Assembly: GCA_026025075.1 (NCBI GenBank)
Contig: JAPEUI010000015.1
Coordinates: forward strand, 1-64,000
Reading direction: 5' to 3'
From: Vezdaea acicularis
Lineage: Eukaryota
DNA length: 64,000 nucleotides
Shown: one piece after another, positions 34,636 through 47,500 of the stretch
Position numbering within the stretch: position 1 is the first letter of the stretch
How the letters are laid out: every line of letters starts with the position of its first letter
Translations under genes and position numbers: made by a program
The notes under the pieces: model-generated
What the model was told of the DNA's origin: nothing
Database searches by the model: none
The model's input: the letters and a program-made list of their open reading frames with translations, nothing else

Positions 34636-36409
34636 ATGTCCTCATTGTTAGGAGCTGCATATGAAAGTAGTGATGAAGATTCGCCTTCAAACGACTCAAA
34701 CCCATATTTATCCACAGCTGCGACTGTCGTTGCAGCACCAGATGTTTCTTTAGAGGTTTGGTCCTACTATAGCCCTTGCACGCGACAAGCCAACTAACAT
34801 TCAGCAGGACCCTATGCACCAGCAAATGATACTTACTAAACCAACTGACACTTCTCTCACTTACAATGTCCCTTACTCCGACCTCTCGCGCCTTCAGCAG
34901 GGCCCTGTCAACCCTTTCAAAAGCACAGAGGGCAATGCGCTGAAGCGAAAGAATGTCCTCACAGGATACGCGGAGGAGGCTATTGTCTCCGACTCGACTT
35001 TCGTAGCCCAACACCATACATATCAGAGCTTAGGCTACACGAAAGACCCCAGCGGCGCCATTGTCGGCAATTTCACAAATGCACAGAAGTTCGACGGCAA
35101 AGATGTCGTCCAAATGCGCCCTAGCAGAGAAGACAGCGAGGCTATACGGCGGAAGCGCCAAAGGAAAGGGGACGCATCTATAGTAGACGGTGACGGTGCT
35201 TACAAAGGCCCCTGGGCGCGCTACAGAGATGAAGACTTAGCACTTGAGGAAGAAGCGCTCGCCGCTGGGGAGGAGCTAGCTAGCGACGAAGAGTACGAAG
35301 ACGAGCCAGTCGTGGCCCCAGCCCCTACCTCCCTCATCGCCAAATCCGCCGAGAAGGGCCCCTCAGAGACGACCGAGTTCCACGGCTCCTCCCTACACGA
35401 TTACCAGGGCAGGACATACATACATATTCCGCAAGACCTAGACATCGACCTCCGAAAAGAAACGGGCAGCACCAAGAACTACGTTCCCAAGAAGTTGATC
35501 CATACCTGGGCTGGCCATCAGAAACCAGTCACCGCCCTCCGCTTCTTCCCCCATGCCGGGCACCTCCTCCTCTCGGCCTCCGCAGACAGCACGATCAAGA
35601 TCTGGGATGTGTACCATTCCCGCGAACTGCTGCGCTCCTTCTGCGGACATTCTAAAGCGATCACAGATGCACAATACGATCCTATAGACGGCAGACACTT
35701 CCTCAGCGCGTCCTACGACCGCCAGATAAAACTCTGGGACACCGAAACGGGAATATGCATCAGTCGGCACAGCACAGGTAAGATCCCGCACTGCCTTGCC
35801 ATCAACCCAGGCTCGCCCTCCGAGTTCCTAGCCGGAATGAGCGACAAGAAGATCATCCAATTCGACACACGCATCACCGACAGTAAAACCCCTGTGCAAG
35901 AATACGACCACCACCTTGGCGCCGTGAACACGCTCACATTCTGCGACGCAAACCGCCGCTTCATATCCACCTCCGACGACAAGAGCTTGCGTGCCTGGGA
36001 ATTTAACATCCCTGTCCCGATCAAGTTCATCGCCGAGCCGTACATGTACGCCCTCACCTCCGCGTCGCCGCACCCGTCAGGGAAGTACGTGGCTTTCCAG
36101 AGCGCGGATAACCAGATCGTCGTCTATGCAAGTACGGACAAGTTCAGGCAGAACCGCAAGAAGAGCTTTAGGGGCCATAACAATGCGGGGTTCAGGATCG
36201 ATGTCAGTATCAGCCCGGATGGGAATATGCTGGCGGGAGGAGACAGTGGCGGGTTCGTATGCTTCTGGGACTGGAAGACGTGTAAGATGTGGCATAAGAT
36301 TCAGGCGTGTGATGGGGGGGCATGCACGGCCGTGCAGTGGCATCCGCAGGAGAGTAGTAAGGTCGCGACGGCTGGGGGAAGTGATGGGCGGATCAAGTTC
36401 TGGGATTAG
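34636..36409 (+). CDS. PRP17: Pre-mRNA splicing factor Prp17/Cdc40 (WD40)
   Basis: Exon 1 MSSLLGAAYESSDED..VVAAPDVSLE, intron from 34756; KRKNVLTG, YKGPWARY, DYQGRTYIHIP, YDHHLGAVNT, QWHPQESSKVAT, IKFWD. Confidence 0.94.
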
Positions 36410-37463
36410 AGGGATGGTCTCAAGGGACAATAGCATTCGGGGAGTTTAGCTTAGAGCGGGCTGTATGAAAGCCTTGTATAATAAAAGGCAATAAAGTACA
36501 ATGCAGCGCTTATGAGTATGCTAATCCTAGTAATACAGATCGACTCCTTCGTTTTAGGACATGTGTTATTCCGGGTATCATCCCATGAATCAAATTTCCC
36601 ATTGTCTCGTTGGTTGAACTCTGAAATGGTTTCCTGAAATCTTCTACCCTTATCAAGCATGCCTTGATAGAACTCAACAAACTTGCTGATTCTCCACTTG
36701 AGAAGCAGTAGACTCAGACATTTCTGACGTTTCCTGACCGGCGTTCGCAAGATGTCGAGGATTATCTGGTTCTGGCAAGGTAAAGTCGTAGCCCCAAACT
36801 GAGAGGAGCTATCGGGTACACGACTTTGTATAAGAGTCCTTATGTGATAACTGGAGTTTCATCAACATGTACCGGGTTCTCTGCTTGGGGCGCGGCAAGC
36901 TCGAGTCTGGCTGGAGAACCACGAAAAACATGTGGCAGAAAACCAATCACGCAACCCGGAGCAATATATTTCCTCTCAGCGACAGCACACTTTGGCACTG
37001 CGTGGCCGCCCATGCGAAACCTCCTGACAGTCTTCATCCATCCACTTCAAGTATCTCCCTAATATGTACCTTTTCAGGGTGGTTTATATCCCACTCAACC
37101 GAATTGCAGAGCGATTGGGGTCCTCCACAAATATCATATAACAATTGATTGCAAATTCGATATCCTTCTGACAACGCCGTTGAAGTTCCTGTACCTATAA
37201 AACTTCCAGCTCGATCAACATGATCAGAATAGCATTCTCCTCCGGCCCAGGTTCTCCACCATCGCGCTGTTTATGAGCACTAAAACCGCGACCAATTCAT
37301 ATAATGTGGTGCGTTACTCATCTTTGATGGTCTGATGGTATGAATATCCCGCAGTCCCCAATCACGCGATAGGCAAGCGGTACGGTTTCTTAGCCTTCAG
37401 GTCCTGGCTGTATAGGTAACCGAAGATGCCATTATTCCAAAAAGTAACTCAGACTCCTTCCCC

Positions 37464-40400
37464 TTAGAAACTTCCCAGCTCGATCCAACTCCCCAGATAT
37501 CTCTCTCGCTCGCTCTTCTTGAGAAATTTCGAAAACTCTTCGAGAGATATCCGGCCGGGACCGCCACGTTCGGCAATCTCAATATCCATTTTTTCTATTT
37601 CTCGAAGTTCTGCGAGGCGTGTTTTCGTGGGGATCTCGTTCAGGAGTTTGAACCTTGTCATTATGGGCGATGACATGGATCGCTTGCGTGGAGGCTCCGC
37701 AAATGGTTCGAGAGGGCCTGAAGGTCTATTCTGGGGGAGTGTAGGGTCGGTTGGCGGAGAAGAGGTCTCGTAGCGAAGTTCTTCGTATGTTTTTGGCTCA
37801 TTAGAATCTACGAATGGAGGATGTACCTCATCGTCCGACGGTTTCTTGCGTTTAGGAGTTTCCGCCCTTTCTTGCTCGGGGTTTGCTCTCCTTCGTTCTG
37901 CGTATCTCCGAATTTCATGGGCATCAAACATGAGGTGCCGCCACTTCCTTCGCTCCTCGGCAGTACGAATGACTTCTAGGGCAAGGTCCTCCTTTTTCTT
38001 AAACACTTGATCGAGTAATTCGTTGAAGCCTTGCTGCGTCGCTTGATAGAGGATTTCTCTTCCGACGTCACGCTCTGCCTCTGGGAGCTCGAAACCGCCC
38101 CAGCGCTCGCCCATAGGAATACTCCGTGAGGACGTGTTGGAGCGGGTCTCATGCTCCTCCCATTCTGCCTCTGAGAGCTCGTCTTCAAAGCGAACTTTCG
38201 AGGATGATCGAGACCGGGGAGTTGGTGCCCCACCGGAAGATCCGACGGCAGTCGTAGTACCAGTGTTACCGACACCAGCAACAGCCTTGCCATTGACTTT
38301 CGCCTTTCTTTTGGGTACGACTCTTTGCTGCTCGGAATCCCATTCACCCTCATCTTCCTCCTCGTCTTTATCATCGTCCTCCTCCTCTTCGAGATAGAAC
38401 TGACGACGCCTCTTACGCTCTTCCAAAGCAGCCTCTTGAATTCGATGGCTCGCTGTCCCGTCTTCTTTGTCTAATCTTGCTGCAGTCGCTGTCAAGATTG
38501 CTATTTTGGTTTCCGGTTCTACAATCTCCTCTATTGGGGTGTCATATGTATTGCCCAACGCATTCTCAACATCTTCCGGGATGACGTAAGTCGGCGGCCA
38601 CTCATCACCTAACCTCAAAGCCATCTCTGTGACTCGTCTCGGTGGATGACGCCCAGCGCTTGGGCCTTGATCATCGTCATCGCTATCACTTTCTTCACCA
38701 TTTTCGCCTTGTCCATCTTCATCATCATCGTCTTCCTCAAGCTCGGGTCCAGATTCCTCCAGACGTCCATACATATCAGCGTAAATAGCTGTGTGCGCCT
38801 GGTCTCCTTCAGCATCGGAGACCCATGCTCCGTCAAAAACATCGATCGGTCTAGCAATTTCTACTTCGTGCTCACGCGGTGTGCTTAGACTTTGAATTTG
38901 TCGCCGGGCGGGATTAGCGTGATAGTTCGCTGGAAGGTCGCGAATAGCGGCTCCAGCGACGATATCTCTCCTTGGGCCAGTATCGTCAGAACTCTCCCTA
39001 ACCACGCCTTCCGCGTCTGCAATTACTAGATCTCCATGAGCACTCATTGTCTTGCCCTCTCCGATCCTCGAGGCCTGGCCAGGAGGTATGCCAGTCTCTG
39101 GATCGAACGCCGAACTGATTGGCTGATTACCCGCAATGACCTCTTTCTGAACTGCATTATCATAATATTCTTCCTCCACTTGGCCTTGCGAGTCTCTGCA
39201 GAGAGCCCGATGGATGACGAAAGAAGCTCGAAACATACGTAGAAAGTCCTTTCGATCCGCGTAGCCATCTCCATCGATGTCGTAACCATTGAACACTCTC
39301 CTAACCCGCTCCACTTTGTTCTTATTATGCAGACAGGCAAGCCCATCCAGAAATTCTTCAAAGCCTATAAGACCGTCTCCGTTGGTATCATAATAGGCGA
39401 ATAGGCGGTCGAAAATGAGATTAGGAAAAGGATTACGATGAATATCTAAGCCACTAAAGCACTTATCGAACGTTGTCCTATCAATGGCAAGTTCCAACTT
39501 GCTCGGATCCTCGGGCCAGGTGGTTGCAGCCAAACATTTGAACTGCTCCCACATTGCGTCAACCTCAGCGAGTGAGAAACCCGTCCTTTTTATAAAGTGA
39601 TTTACCAAAGGACCTGGCATCATCGTGGCATTATGCGCAGACTTCCCAGTATACCATAGTGGTTGCACGCTCCTAGAGTTTCCCAGGTACGGCGGAGGCA
39701 CTCTGATCTTCAGAAATAGATGCGTCTTGGGGTGGAGGCCTTTTGCCTCGCAAGTCTCGCAGAGATCGTAATCAGGACAGTTGGAGCAACGATAGCGAAC
39801 ACCTCGAATGGGCATCGCAATGCAGCTGTTGCATGTAACACCTCGGTGCACAAAGCCCTCTCTTTTCGCTTGATCCTCCGCAATAGTGTATAGTAGTAGC
39901 AACAGGTTTTGTCCTGGCTGTTCTTGATCCCTCCCTTCTGCCGTCCAGGAGAACTCGCTTGGGTCCACGACAGTTTCCCTGCCATCGAAGACATTGTCTT
40001 GGAAATTTTGAATGACCACGTCAGGATCTGGACGTCCTATACGCATCTCCCACCGTCCAAGAGCTTCCTCAATCAGCACTTCATTCAAGCCCTGGCGAGC
40101 AAGGGACTGCCGCAGGGTTGTTCCTTCGGCATCTCGGGGTCGCAAGCTAGTGGATACGTATCTATCCAGATACCCGTTAAGATAGAACTGTTCGGCTCTT
40201 AACCGGCACCTTGCCGCTTCTCGTACTGATAATCCATACCAACGTCGGAAGTCGTCTCCAGATGGTACATCTTCACTGAGATTCAGCTCTATGCGGATAT
40301 CCTGCCCTTCGTCCGTCACAAAGGAGAAAGGCTGCGTGTAGCTGTTATCGCCAGCCAGTTCCCGTAAAGAAGGCGCCGGTGAAGAGCCTGCAGGATTCCC

Positions 40401-40625
40401 GTCACTTGGTCCATGCCCCTCTAGCTGGAGTCTGGCCGCATGACGCTGCGCATCTGAGCGGTGTATTGCATTCCTTCTCCGAAGTGAAGGCTGAGGCCCT
40501 TGTGGCTGTGATCTCGAGTAAAGATCCCAGCAAATCCATGCCGAAGCCGCTGTGATAACGATCGCCGTAAACGTCGTAGTATGGCGCCCGAGCGTAGAGC
40601 TTGCATTCGTGGGGGTTGAAGCCAT
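37464..40625 (-). CDS. Membrane-anchored ZZ zinc finger plus EF-hand protein
   Basis: N-terminal TM segment; ZZ finger HRGVTCNSC..YRCSNCPDYDLCETC; EF-hands DTNGDGLIGFEEF and DIDGDGYADRKDF; 1053 aa ORF. Confidence 0.88.
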   Translation of the reverse strand: MASTPTNASSTLGRHTTTFTAIVITAASAWICWDLYSRSQPQGPQPSLRRRNAIHRSDAQRHAARLQLEGHGPSDGNPAGSSPAPSLRELAGDNSYTQPFSFVTDEGQDIRIELNLSEDVPSGDDFRRWYGLSVREAARCRLRAEQFYLNGYLDRYVSTSLRPRDAEGTTLRQSLARQGLNEVLIEEALGRWEMRIGRPDPDVVIQNFQDNVFDGRETVVDPSEFSWTAEGRDQEQPGQNLLLLLYTIAEDQAKREGFVHRGVTCNSCIAMPIRGVRYRCSNCPDYDLCETCEAKGLHPKTHLFLKIRVPPPYLGNSRSVQPLWYTGKSAHNATMMPGPLVNHFIKRTGFSLAEVDAMWEQFKCLAATTWPEDPSKLELAIDRTTFDKCFSGLDIHRNPFPNLIFDRLFAYYDTNGDGLIGFEEFLDGLACLHNKNKVERVRRVFNGYDIDGDGYADRKDFLRMFRASFVIHRALCRDSQGQVEEEYYDNAVQKEVIAGNQPISSAFDPETGIPPGQASRIGEGKTMSAHGDLVIADAEGVVRESSDDTGPRRDIVAGAAIRDLPANYHANPARRQIQSLSTPREHEVEIARPIDVFDGAWVSDAEGDQAHTAIYADMYGRLEESGPELEEDDDDEDGQGENGEESDSDDDDQGPSAGRHPPRRVTEMALRLGDEWPPTYVIPEDVENALGNTYDTPIEEIVEPETKIAILTATAARLDKEDGTASHRIQEAALEERKRRRQFYLEEEEDDDKDEEEDEGEWDSEQQRVVPKRKAKVNGKAVAGVGNTGTTTAVGSSGGAPTPRSRSSSKVRFEDELSEAEWEEHETRSNTSSRSIPMGERWGGFELPEAERDVGREILYQATQQGFNELLDQVFKKKEDLALEVIRTAEERRKWRHLMFDAHEIRRYAERRRANPEQERAETPKRKKPSDDEVHPPFVDSNEPKTYEELRYETSSPPTDPTLPQNRPSGPLEPFAEPPRKRSMSSPIMTRFKLLNEIPTKTRLAELREIEKMDIEIAERGGPGRISLEEFSKFLKKSERERYLGSWIELGSF

Positions 40626-41234
40626 TTGAGTGGCCCACGATCTTGTTGTCGAGAAAAGGGTGAGTTTCCTAGTGAGTTGGCCGACTTCTTGAGCCGGTGT
40701 GGCGGGTAGAAGCTCGCATCATCTAGAGCTGAAACGGTCCATCAATTTGGTTCGCGCCGCGTGTCATGTCAAAGCGCGCTCTGCGCCCTTGCTGATCCGT
40801 GGCTCAGTGTTCGCGTGGATGAAGGATGCATGGCCAAGACTCGACTATGGGAAGCTTTCAACGTCCCGGCACTTTTAACGTAACTTACCACCGCTTGCTG
40901 CAACGCTAATTAGCGATGTGTCAGCCCTACCGCAGTTCCACTTCAGAGAACAATCTTCGAGAGCCAATAGTCTCAAGGAACAGGCTTTCCCAGTCAATCC
41001 TCCTAATTGCTGAAAACCACGCAGGGTGCTATGACTCGATCCGCGGCCAGCGCTCAGTTCTATATGAGTCCTACTGCCAGCAATGGCGGAAGGGAATCTC
41101 CGCCTGTGCCACCTCTCTGCATTGCGGCTCAAAAGGACGATTCCAACACATCCAGACCGGAAATACAAGTCACGAGCTGAAGATTAATTCAATTGGAATC
41201 TACGCAACACTCGACTGCTTTCTAGTCTGCCGCA

Positions 41235-42044
41235 ATGGCAATGGCGACCATTCCCGGCCTATCTTATAGCCTCAATCTCCTCTGTGGGGCCTACGCCTCC
41301 TCCTTCGACGTCAATATCTTCCTCGGGCCCGTCCCACCAACTCTCAACCTCTCCAACCCGAGCATCTTGGGCTCTTTTGTTCAGTCAATCTGGCTAGAGC
41401 CTGCCCTGCCTTCAAATTCAACCAACAGCTCTGTCGCCCCAGCCTCAATCGCATCTTACCCCAGCACACTCGTAACCAGCTACTTGAACGCCGTCATCCC
41501 AACGACGTCTATCGCCGATAATAGTCTCTTCGCCGCATACAAGACTACTAGCTACGCTCCTACGGTCTCGATCCCAAGTGCAACGCCCTCTGCTTCTGAG
41601 GGGGAAGTCGCGATCGCATCAGTGCCTTCCGCCAGCCCACTACCCTCGAACTTCACACAGGATGCAAAAACCGCGTCCTTCAACCTGACCGACAGTATAC
41701 TAATCCAACACAACCTCACACGCCTGTCACAGCTCTCCACTGACATTGTAGTCGCCGACCTTGTTGCAAATCTGACCTGGGTCTTAGGCACTCCTAACTC
41801 CAAAACGGATAATTCAAGCATCCTTCCGGTCGTGGACGTACCAATTCGTTTCTGGGTCACCAGCCAACAAATGTCGCCGGAAACAGGAAAGATCCGGAAA
41901 CAGGAAATTCTGTGGCAGGCGTCGGAAAATAAGCTGGGCGGTCTGAAGCAGGGAGAGCTGCCTGAGGTGGAGCTGCAAATACAGCAAGCAAACCTGGATG
42001 CAGAGCTCGCACTAAAGGGTCAGGATGCGGATGAGCCATATTAG
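41235..42044 (+). CDS. Protein resembling the fungal tyrosinase C-terminal (shield) domain, no catalytic domain
   Basis: 269 aa ORF; motifs SFDVNIFLGPVP..LGSF, FNLTDSIL..LSQLSTDIVVADLVANLTWVL, SENKLGGL recall Tyrosinase_C; no CuA/CuB histidines. Confidence 0.6.
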   Translation: MAMATIPGLSYSLNLLCGAYASSFDVNIFLGPVPPTLNLSNPSILGSFVQSIWLEPALPSNSTNSSVAPASIASYPSTLVTSYLNAVIPTTSIADNSLFAAYKTTSYAPTVSIPSATPSASEGEVAIASVPSASPLPSNFTQDAKTASFNLTDSILIQHNLTRLSQLSTDIVVADLVANLTWVLGTPNSKTDNSSILPVVDVPIRFWVTSQQMSPETGKIRKQEILWQASENKLGGLKQGELPEVELQIQQANLDAELALKGQDADEPY

Positions 42045-42329
42045 AATGCAAAATTACCGGAGGCATACCTTTTCCAAGCCGTGGGGCTATCTCGTTCATT
42101 TTTAGGGCTGGGTATAGATAATATCGCACATACGGGAAATAAAGGAGGCAGGGAGCCCTTTTATAAGTCAAAATTAGATTTGTAACTTCATGAATTCCTT
42201 TTCCATTATAGTCCCTTGCCATCTATGTCTATGCGAACTTACCAGTACCTAATTATCATGCAATGCCAGATATCATCCTTGATAGAGCAAATCTTCCACA
42301 GAACCTTTCTAACGCCTAGCTCTTACGCT

Positions 42330-44096
42330 TTATCCTCCGAGCTTCTTTTCCCTGATCCCCCACGCGCTGAAAAACGCGCCTGCACTAACCACCACGCTGA
42401 AGATGAATGACCAGAAGATGGCATGCTCGTAGCAATCCACAACCAGCTCTCTAAGCTCTGGCTTCAAGCTCCAGATAAACTCGATACTCTGCCTCACGCC
42501 CTTAACGATGCGTTCTGCATCCTGTCCGTTCTTTAGGTCGTGCGCCAGATTATTCCTCAAGCTCTGCTGAAATATCGTACTCGACAAACTCACGCCGGTG
42601 ACGCTCCCCAAGCTACGGAAGAGATATGAGCATGCCGTTGCAATGGCCTGGTCGGCCGGAGTGGCGTTCGCAATAAGTGCAATGAGCGATGAGGTGACGC
42701 CGATACCGTTGCTGAAGCCGCAGATGGAGATGCCAATGCTGATTCCAATGGTACTCTTGACAATGCTACCTGTGCACAGGATCACAGGGATCATACCCAG
42801 GACGAGTGTGGCGTAGCAGATCACTGTCAGCCAGAAGTAGCGGCCCGTACGCTTCATGACTTGACCAGCGAACAAGCTACCGATTACGCCGAGCATAATG
42901 GCGGGGAGGAGCCGAAGCCCGGCAGCTGTGGCGCTTTTTCCGTCGACTACTTGGTAGTAGAGGGGGATGTAGAAGATCATGGCTAACCAGCCGCCGAAGG
43001 AGAAGAAGTTGCAGAGATAGCACGCGAGGAGCGGGCCAGCGAAGACGATGTGCCCTGGGGCCATGGGCTCGACGGAGATTTTCATCTCGACGAAGACGAA
43101 GAGAAGGAACGCGGGAAGTGAAACGCAGATGGCTGCAATGGTGATGGGTGACGACCACGACACATTGCTTCCCTGATCCAAAGCTGCTAGGAGGGAGAAG
43201 ACTGCTACGATTAGTACGCCAGCGCCGAGAAAGTCCACACGACGCAACTTCTGCCGCCAGTTGACGTTATCCCGCACAGGGTCCTTAAGTGCGAAGGAGA
43301 CAGCAGTGAAGGCTATGAGGGTCATTGGCGCCTGGGAGAGAAAGGCCCAGCGCCAGCCGACGGAGTCCACGAAGAAGCCGCCCAAGGGGGCGCCGAGACC
43401 AGCACCGGAGGCGTAGATGATGTTGATGTAACCTTGCCAGTTGCCTCGCTCACGGAGGGGGATAATGTCTGAGAGAAGGATAGACACTACAACCGTCATA
43501 CCACCACCGCCAATTCCTTGGAACACGCGGGCGGCGACGAGCTCGGGCATGTTACGCGCAAGACCACAGGATAGGGAGCCGATGCCAAAGATGGCGTATG
43601 CGAAAAGCAACGCAGGCTTGCGCCCGAATATGTCACTAAGCTTGCCATAGAGGGGCTGAAAAGAGGTGAGCGTTAGAAAGTAAGCTGTAGCTATCCAGGA
43701 GGTCAGGTTGAGAGCTTTGAGCTCAGAGCCAATCTTGCCGTAGCTAGAGACAATAATGGTTTGGTCGGCAGCAGAAAGGAATACCTGCAGTCACAAGTTA
43801 GTTTTTGGAGATGTCAAAGAGCTCTGATCGAGTAAAGAACGCACTCCAATTGCTAGCGCAGGGAAGATATATCCCATCTTCGCCCGCATCTCCGCGTTCC
43901 CCTTGTACTCAATCGCATCGGCCTTTTGAGCTTCCTGGTCTTCATTCTGCTTCGCTGGAGCTCCGTTAGCCAAAGTGCCACCAGGTGCGATTCCATTGCT
44001 TGGTTCTAGAGGGTTTGGAAGTGTATCATCGTCTTCCCTAGATATCAACGGAGTTGTCTCTGTTGCTGGCTCGGTAGTGGCCTCGGGGTACGACAT
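42330..44096 (-). CDS. MFS drug:H+ antiporter (14-TMS, DHA2/Vba-like)
   Basis: FPALAIG|VFLSAADQTIIVSSY, QPLYGKLSDIFGRK, ARVFQGIGGGG, LRERGNWQG, GWRWAF, DFLGA; one intron at about 43843-43785. Confidence 0.92.
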
Positions 44097-44594
44097 CGCT
44101 TGGGCACGCGAGGATATTCAAATGTGAATGATAGGTTCGAATATGCTTTTAACATTAATAAGGAAACATTAATGTTGAAGCCTTCAACTCATAAGTTCCG
44201 AACTAGCAGAGCCACAAAGGTCACGATTCTGTTGGGGGGCTAGGGTTCTACAAATGAAATGAGTCCGACCCTCTGTGCGATCTCGGAAGTCGGAGGTTGT
44301 TTTCGTCGGGACCCTTATCTCCGCTAAATTTCTAGCACTCCTTTGACGCTTTCCACTTCATGCTGCACACAAGCGCCCCCGACATATCCGAGAGAATCGG
44401 GTTTCAATTATTTTGTCTTAAATGGTATGATACATAGTTCTTCGCTATTAATTATACATGAATGCAGCGAAAGCGCTGATAACGAGAAAGCCAAGCCTGG
44501 ACCTTGATCTGTGATCCTCTAAACGCCACCTCCCAATGCATATCCGCAAATGAACACAAAAAATTTCATGCTAGAAAAGTCTAGGCTCCAGTCA

Positions 44595-47500
44595 CTACCT
44601 CTTCTCCACGAGCAAGAAATGCATAGCGCCGTAGGCGAGCAGTAGGAACGATCCTGAGAATATGGCGAGACCAATCACGTCGCGCCATAAGGCGAAGACA
44701 TCAAAGCCAAAGGAGCTCAAGATGGAAGCACCTGGGACCTCTATATCGATACCATATCTATCAATCATTAGCAAATGTCTTAGACGTGAATCCGAAGATT
44801 GGGATATTACTTATGGTCGACAAGAGTAAGGGCTCTGACTTCGTTAACGATCAAAGCTTCGAAGCCATAGTGGAAAATTGAGAGGTTTTGCAGCCACAAC
44901 ATTGTCTTCGGGATGGTGTCATGGTTGAGTAACATCCCTGCGAAAAGCAGACTGAACAGCATCACCAAGCTCCCCGTTAAGTTTGCAACTCCACCATTCT
45001 TCAGCACTATTCCAATGAAAAGGCATATGCAAGCCGCTGCCAGATTGAAGAGGACAATGATTAAAATGAACTTGAGGAATTGTGGCCAGGCAGGGATGAG
45101 ACCGACCATAGGATAAACAATAGCACCCAAAATGATTGGAGGGAAAAGGCGTAGAGGAACGATGTCGAATACGACTTTGGCCGCGAAATACGCAATTGGC
45201 GAATAATAGCCATTTGCTCTTTCCCGTACGAACAAAAGTCGCTCAGATGCAAACACCGTCAAGTTGGTCAAAGTGCTGAATCCAAATAGGGCTAGGATGA
45301 AGAAGAACAAACCGAGGCGATTTTGAAAGCCCTTAATATCATCCGTCAGACCGTAGAACAGAAATCCAGAAAGGACGGCCAGAAGAATGGCTATGGCATA
45401 GTGCGTTAGCATGAGCATGGGGTTCCGATAGAGGTTACGCCATGTTCGACGGGACAGAATGAGGAATTGAGTGGATCGCCCAACTTTCTGGTAACCCTTC
45501 ATGGTTCCAACGCTTACGATATGGTTTTCCGCAGAGCCACCATTGACGTTCCCATTTGCGTGGTTGGCACTACCGACAGCTGCTTGGGTACGGTCACGAA
45601 TGGAGCCAGCCACGTCAGAAATGATATAGTGACCAATAAGCACATCCAGATCAGTATTAACCCCTGAAGCTGCTGGTGGTAATTGATCTGGGTCATCTAG
45701 AATCTGAGGGGGGACTTGGCCCTGCTGACGAGATAATCTCAACCAACTTTGTTGCTCTCGATCTGGTGGCGGCTCATCATCAGTTCTCGTACTGCCAGGC
45801 GTAATCGCTCCAGAGCTCTTCTTTCTTGTGTAAAGCTGGCGATCCTGCCTTTGCTTCAAAGAGTCTCTGCGACGAGCATGCGGTGGGCGAAGAGAACTCC
45901 CTGGGCTACTGGCAATCGTTTCCCCCATGCTGACATTAGATGCGCTTGCAATACTCTTGACAGCTCTGACACTACTCGACCTCGTTTGCATGCCATCGCC
46001 ACTGTCCATGAAGGATAAGTCCTCATTGATTGGGGTTGCGTGCGATAGACTAGCATGCATGGTCAGATCGACCAGGAAATCGGCGATGTTGAACCCTGGT
46101 GGACACGCATATCCAGCTTGATCGAAATAGCTTTGACATTTGCTGAATTCGCCGGAGTAGACTGTTTTGCCTTTTGCTAGTAGCACAAGCTGGTCAAATA
46201 GCGCAACTATGTTCGAGCGAGGTTGGTGAATAGTGCAGATGACTGTCCGATTGTAATCCTTAGCGAGAGTAACAAGGCATTCCATAACATTGAATGCGTT
46301 GAATGCATCTAGGCCGCTAGTGGGTTCGTCGAGGAAGAGGATACTCGGACTGGTGACAAGCTCACAGGCTATTCCAACGCGTCTCTTCTCGCCGCCGGAA
46401 ATGCCTCGACCGTTACCTTCCTCCGACCCAATGAGCTGATCTCGAATATGATATATACCCAGTTGCTTTTCAACCTCATATACTCGTTGCTCCTTTACAA
46501 TTTGCCCCATATCCCGGGGAAGTCGTAGCAGTGCACTAGTCAGAATAGTCTCATGCACAGTAAGCGTGGGTAGCATCGTATCCTCTTGGTCGACGAAACC
46601 TATCACGCCGCGGTATTCCTCGTCGGATATCTTCTCCCCGTTGACGTAAAAGTCTCCAGAAGCGCTCCCTCGCTTATTTTTCCTCGCAAGGATATCAAGA
46701 AAGGTGGTCTTGCCTGCACCAGATGCTCCCATTATAGCCATCAACTGCCCAGGTTGAGCGATCCCCTGTACACCCATCAAAATCTGCTTTCCATTCAAGC
46801 TATACGAGACATTTTCGAAGAAAAGAGCAGCAGGCTTATGGTCGGCCATGAGTTTTCCACTTTCGTCGTCCGAATCTTCCCCAAGATGTATGGGCCCATA
46901 TTTGAAAGACCTTCGGGATAGATACCAAAACAGTAAGATCACTATGACGACAACCAAAGCCACGCCTGCAATCACTCCCGCGATCAATGGCGTATTTATT
47001 TTCTTGACAGGTCGTTCGTATCCCGGCACGTCTGTCCTATACAAGCATTCCCCAGCATCGCATTTGAGTTCGATACTCGCGTCTCCGAAGACATCCTTAA
47101 TCAGCTTGTTCATCTCCGGTTCTTGAAACTTGGACCCATCCTCTGCGCTCCCTCCCTCGGTTGAAAGGGATGAAAACGTTGCTGGTCCTTTGATCCCCTC
47201 TGTGAGAAAGTCACTGAGGTCAATTGAGTCTTCCTCGCCACAAAGCATTCTTCCAGGTAGGCATTTGCATTTGATATTCTCGCATTCGTACAGGGTTGTG
47301 TTCCTTTCGTAATCTTGATCAGCACTCCAAGAGCAGTGATCAAGGGCGCAGTAAAATGATTCAACTTGATCCACCCAGACTAAATAATATCAGCATGATG
47401 CAAAAGTAATCATGAGCTAGTGTCGACAAACATTGAAAGTTGCATTCTTTTCGATCGACGTTGCAAGAGAAAGTGGCTTCTGGCTTCTTCTCCTTCAGCA

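Noticed and set aside
36430..37400. Gene between PRP17 and the ZZ/EF-hand gene
   Set aside because: Only short ORFs broken by stops and no motif; could be UTRs or a decayed gene, which I cannot support
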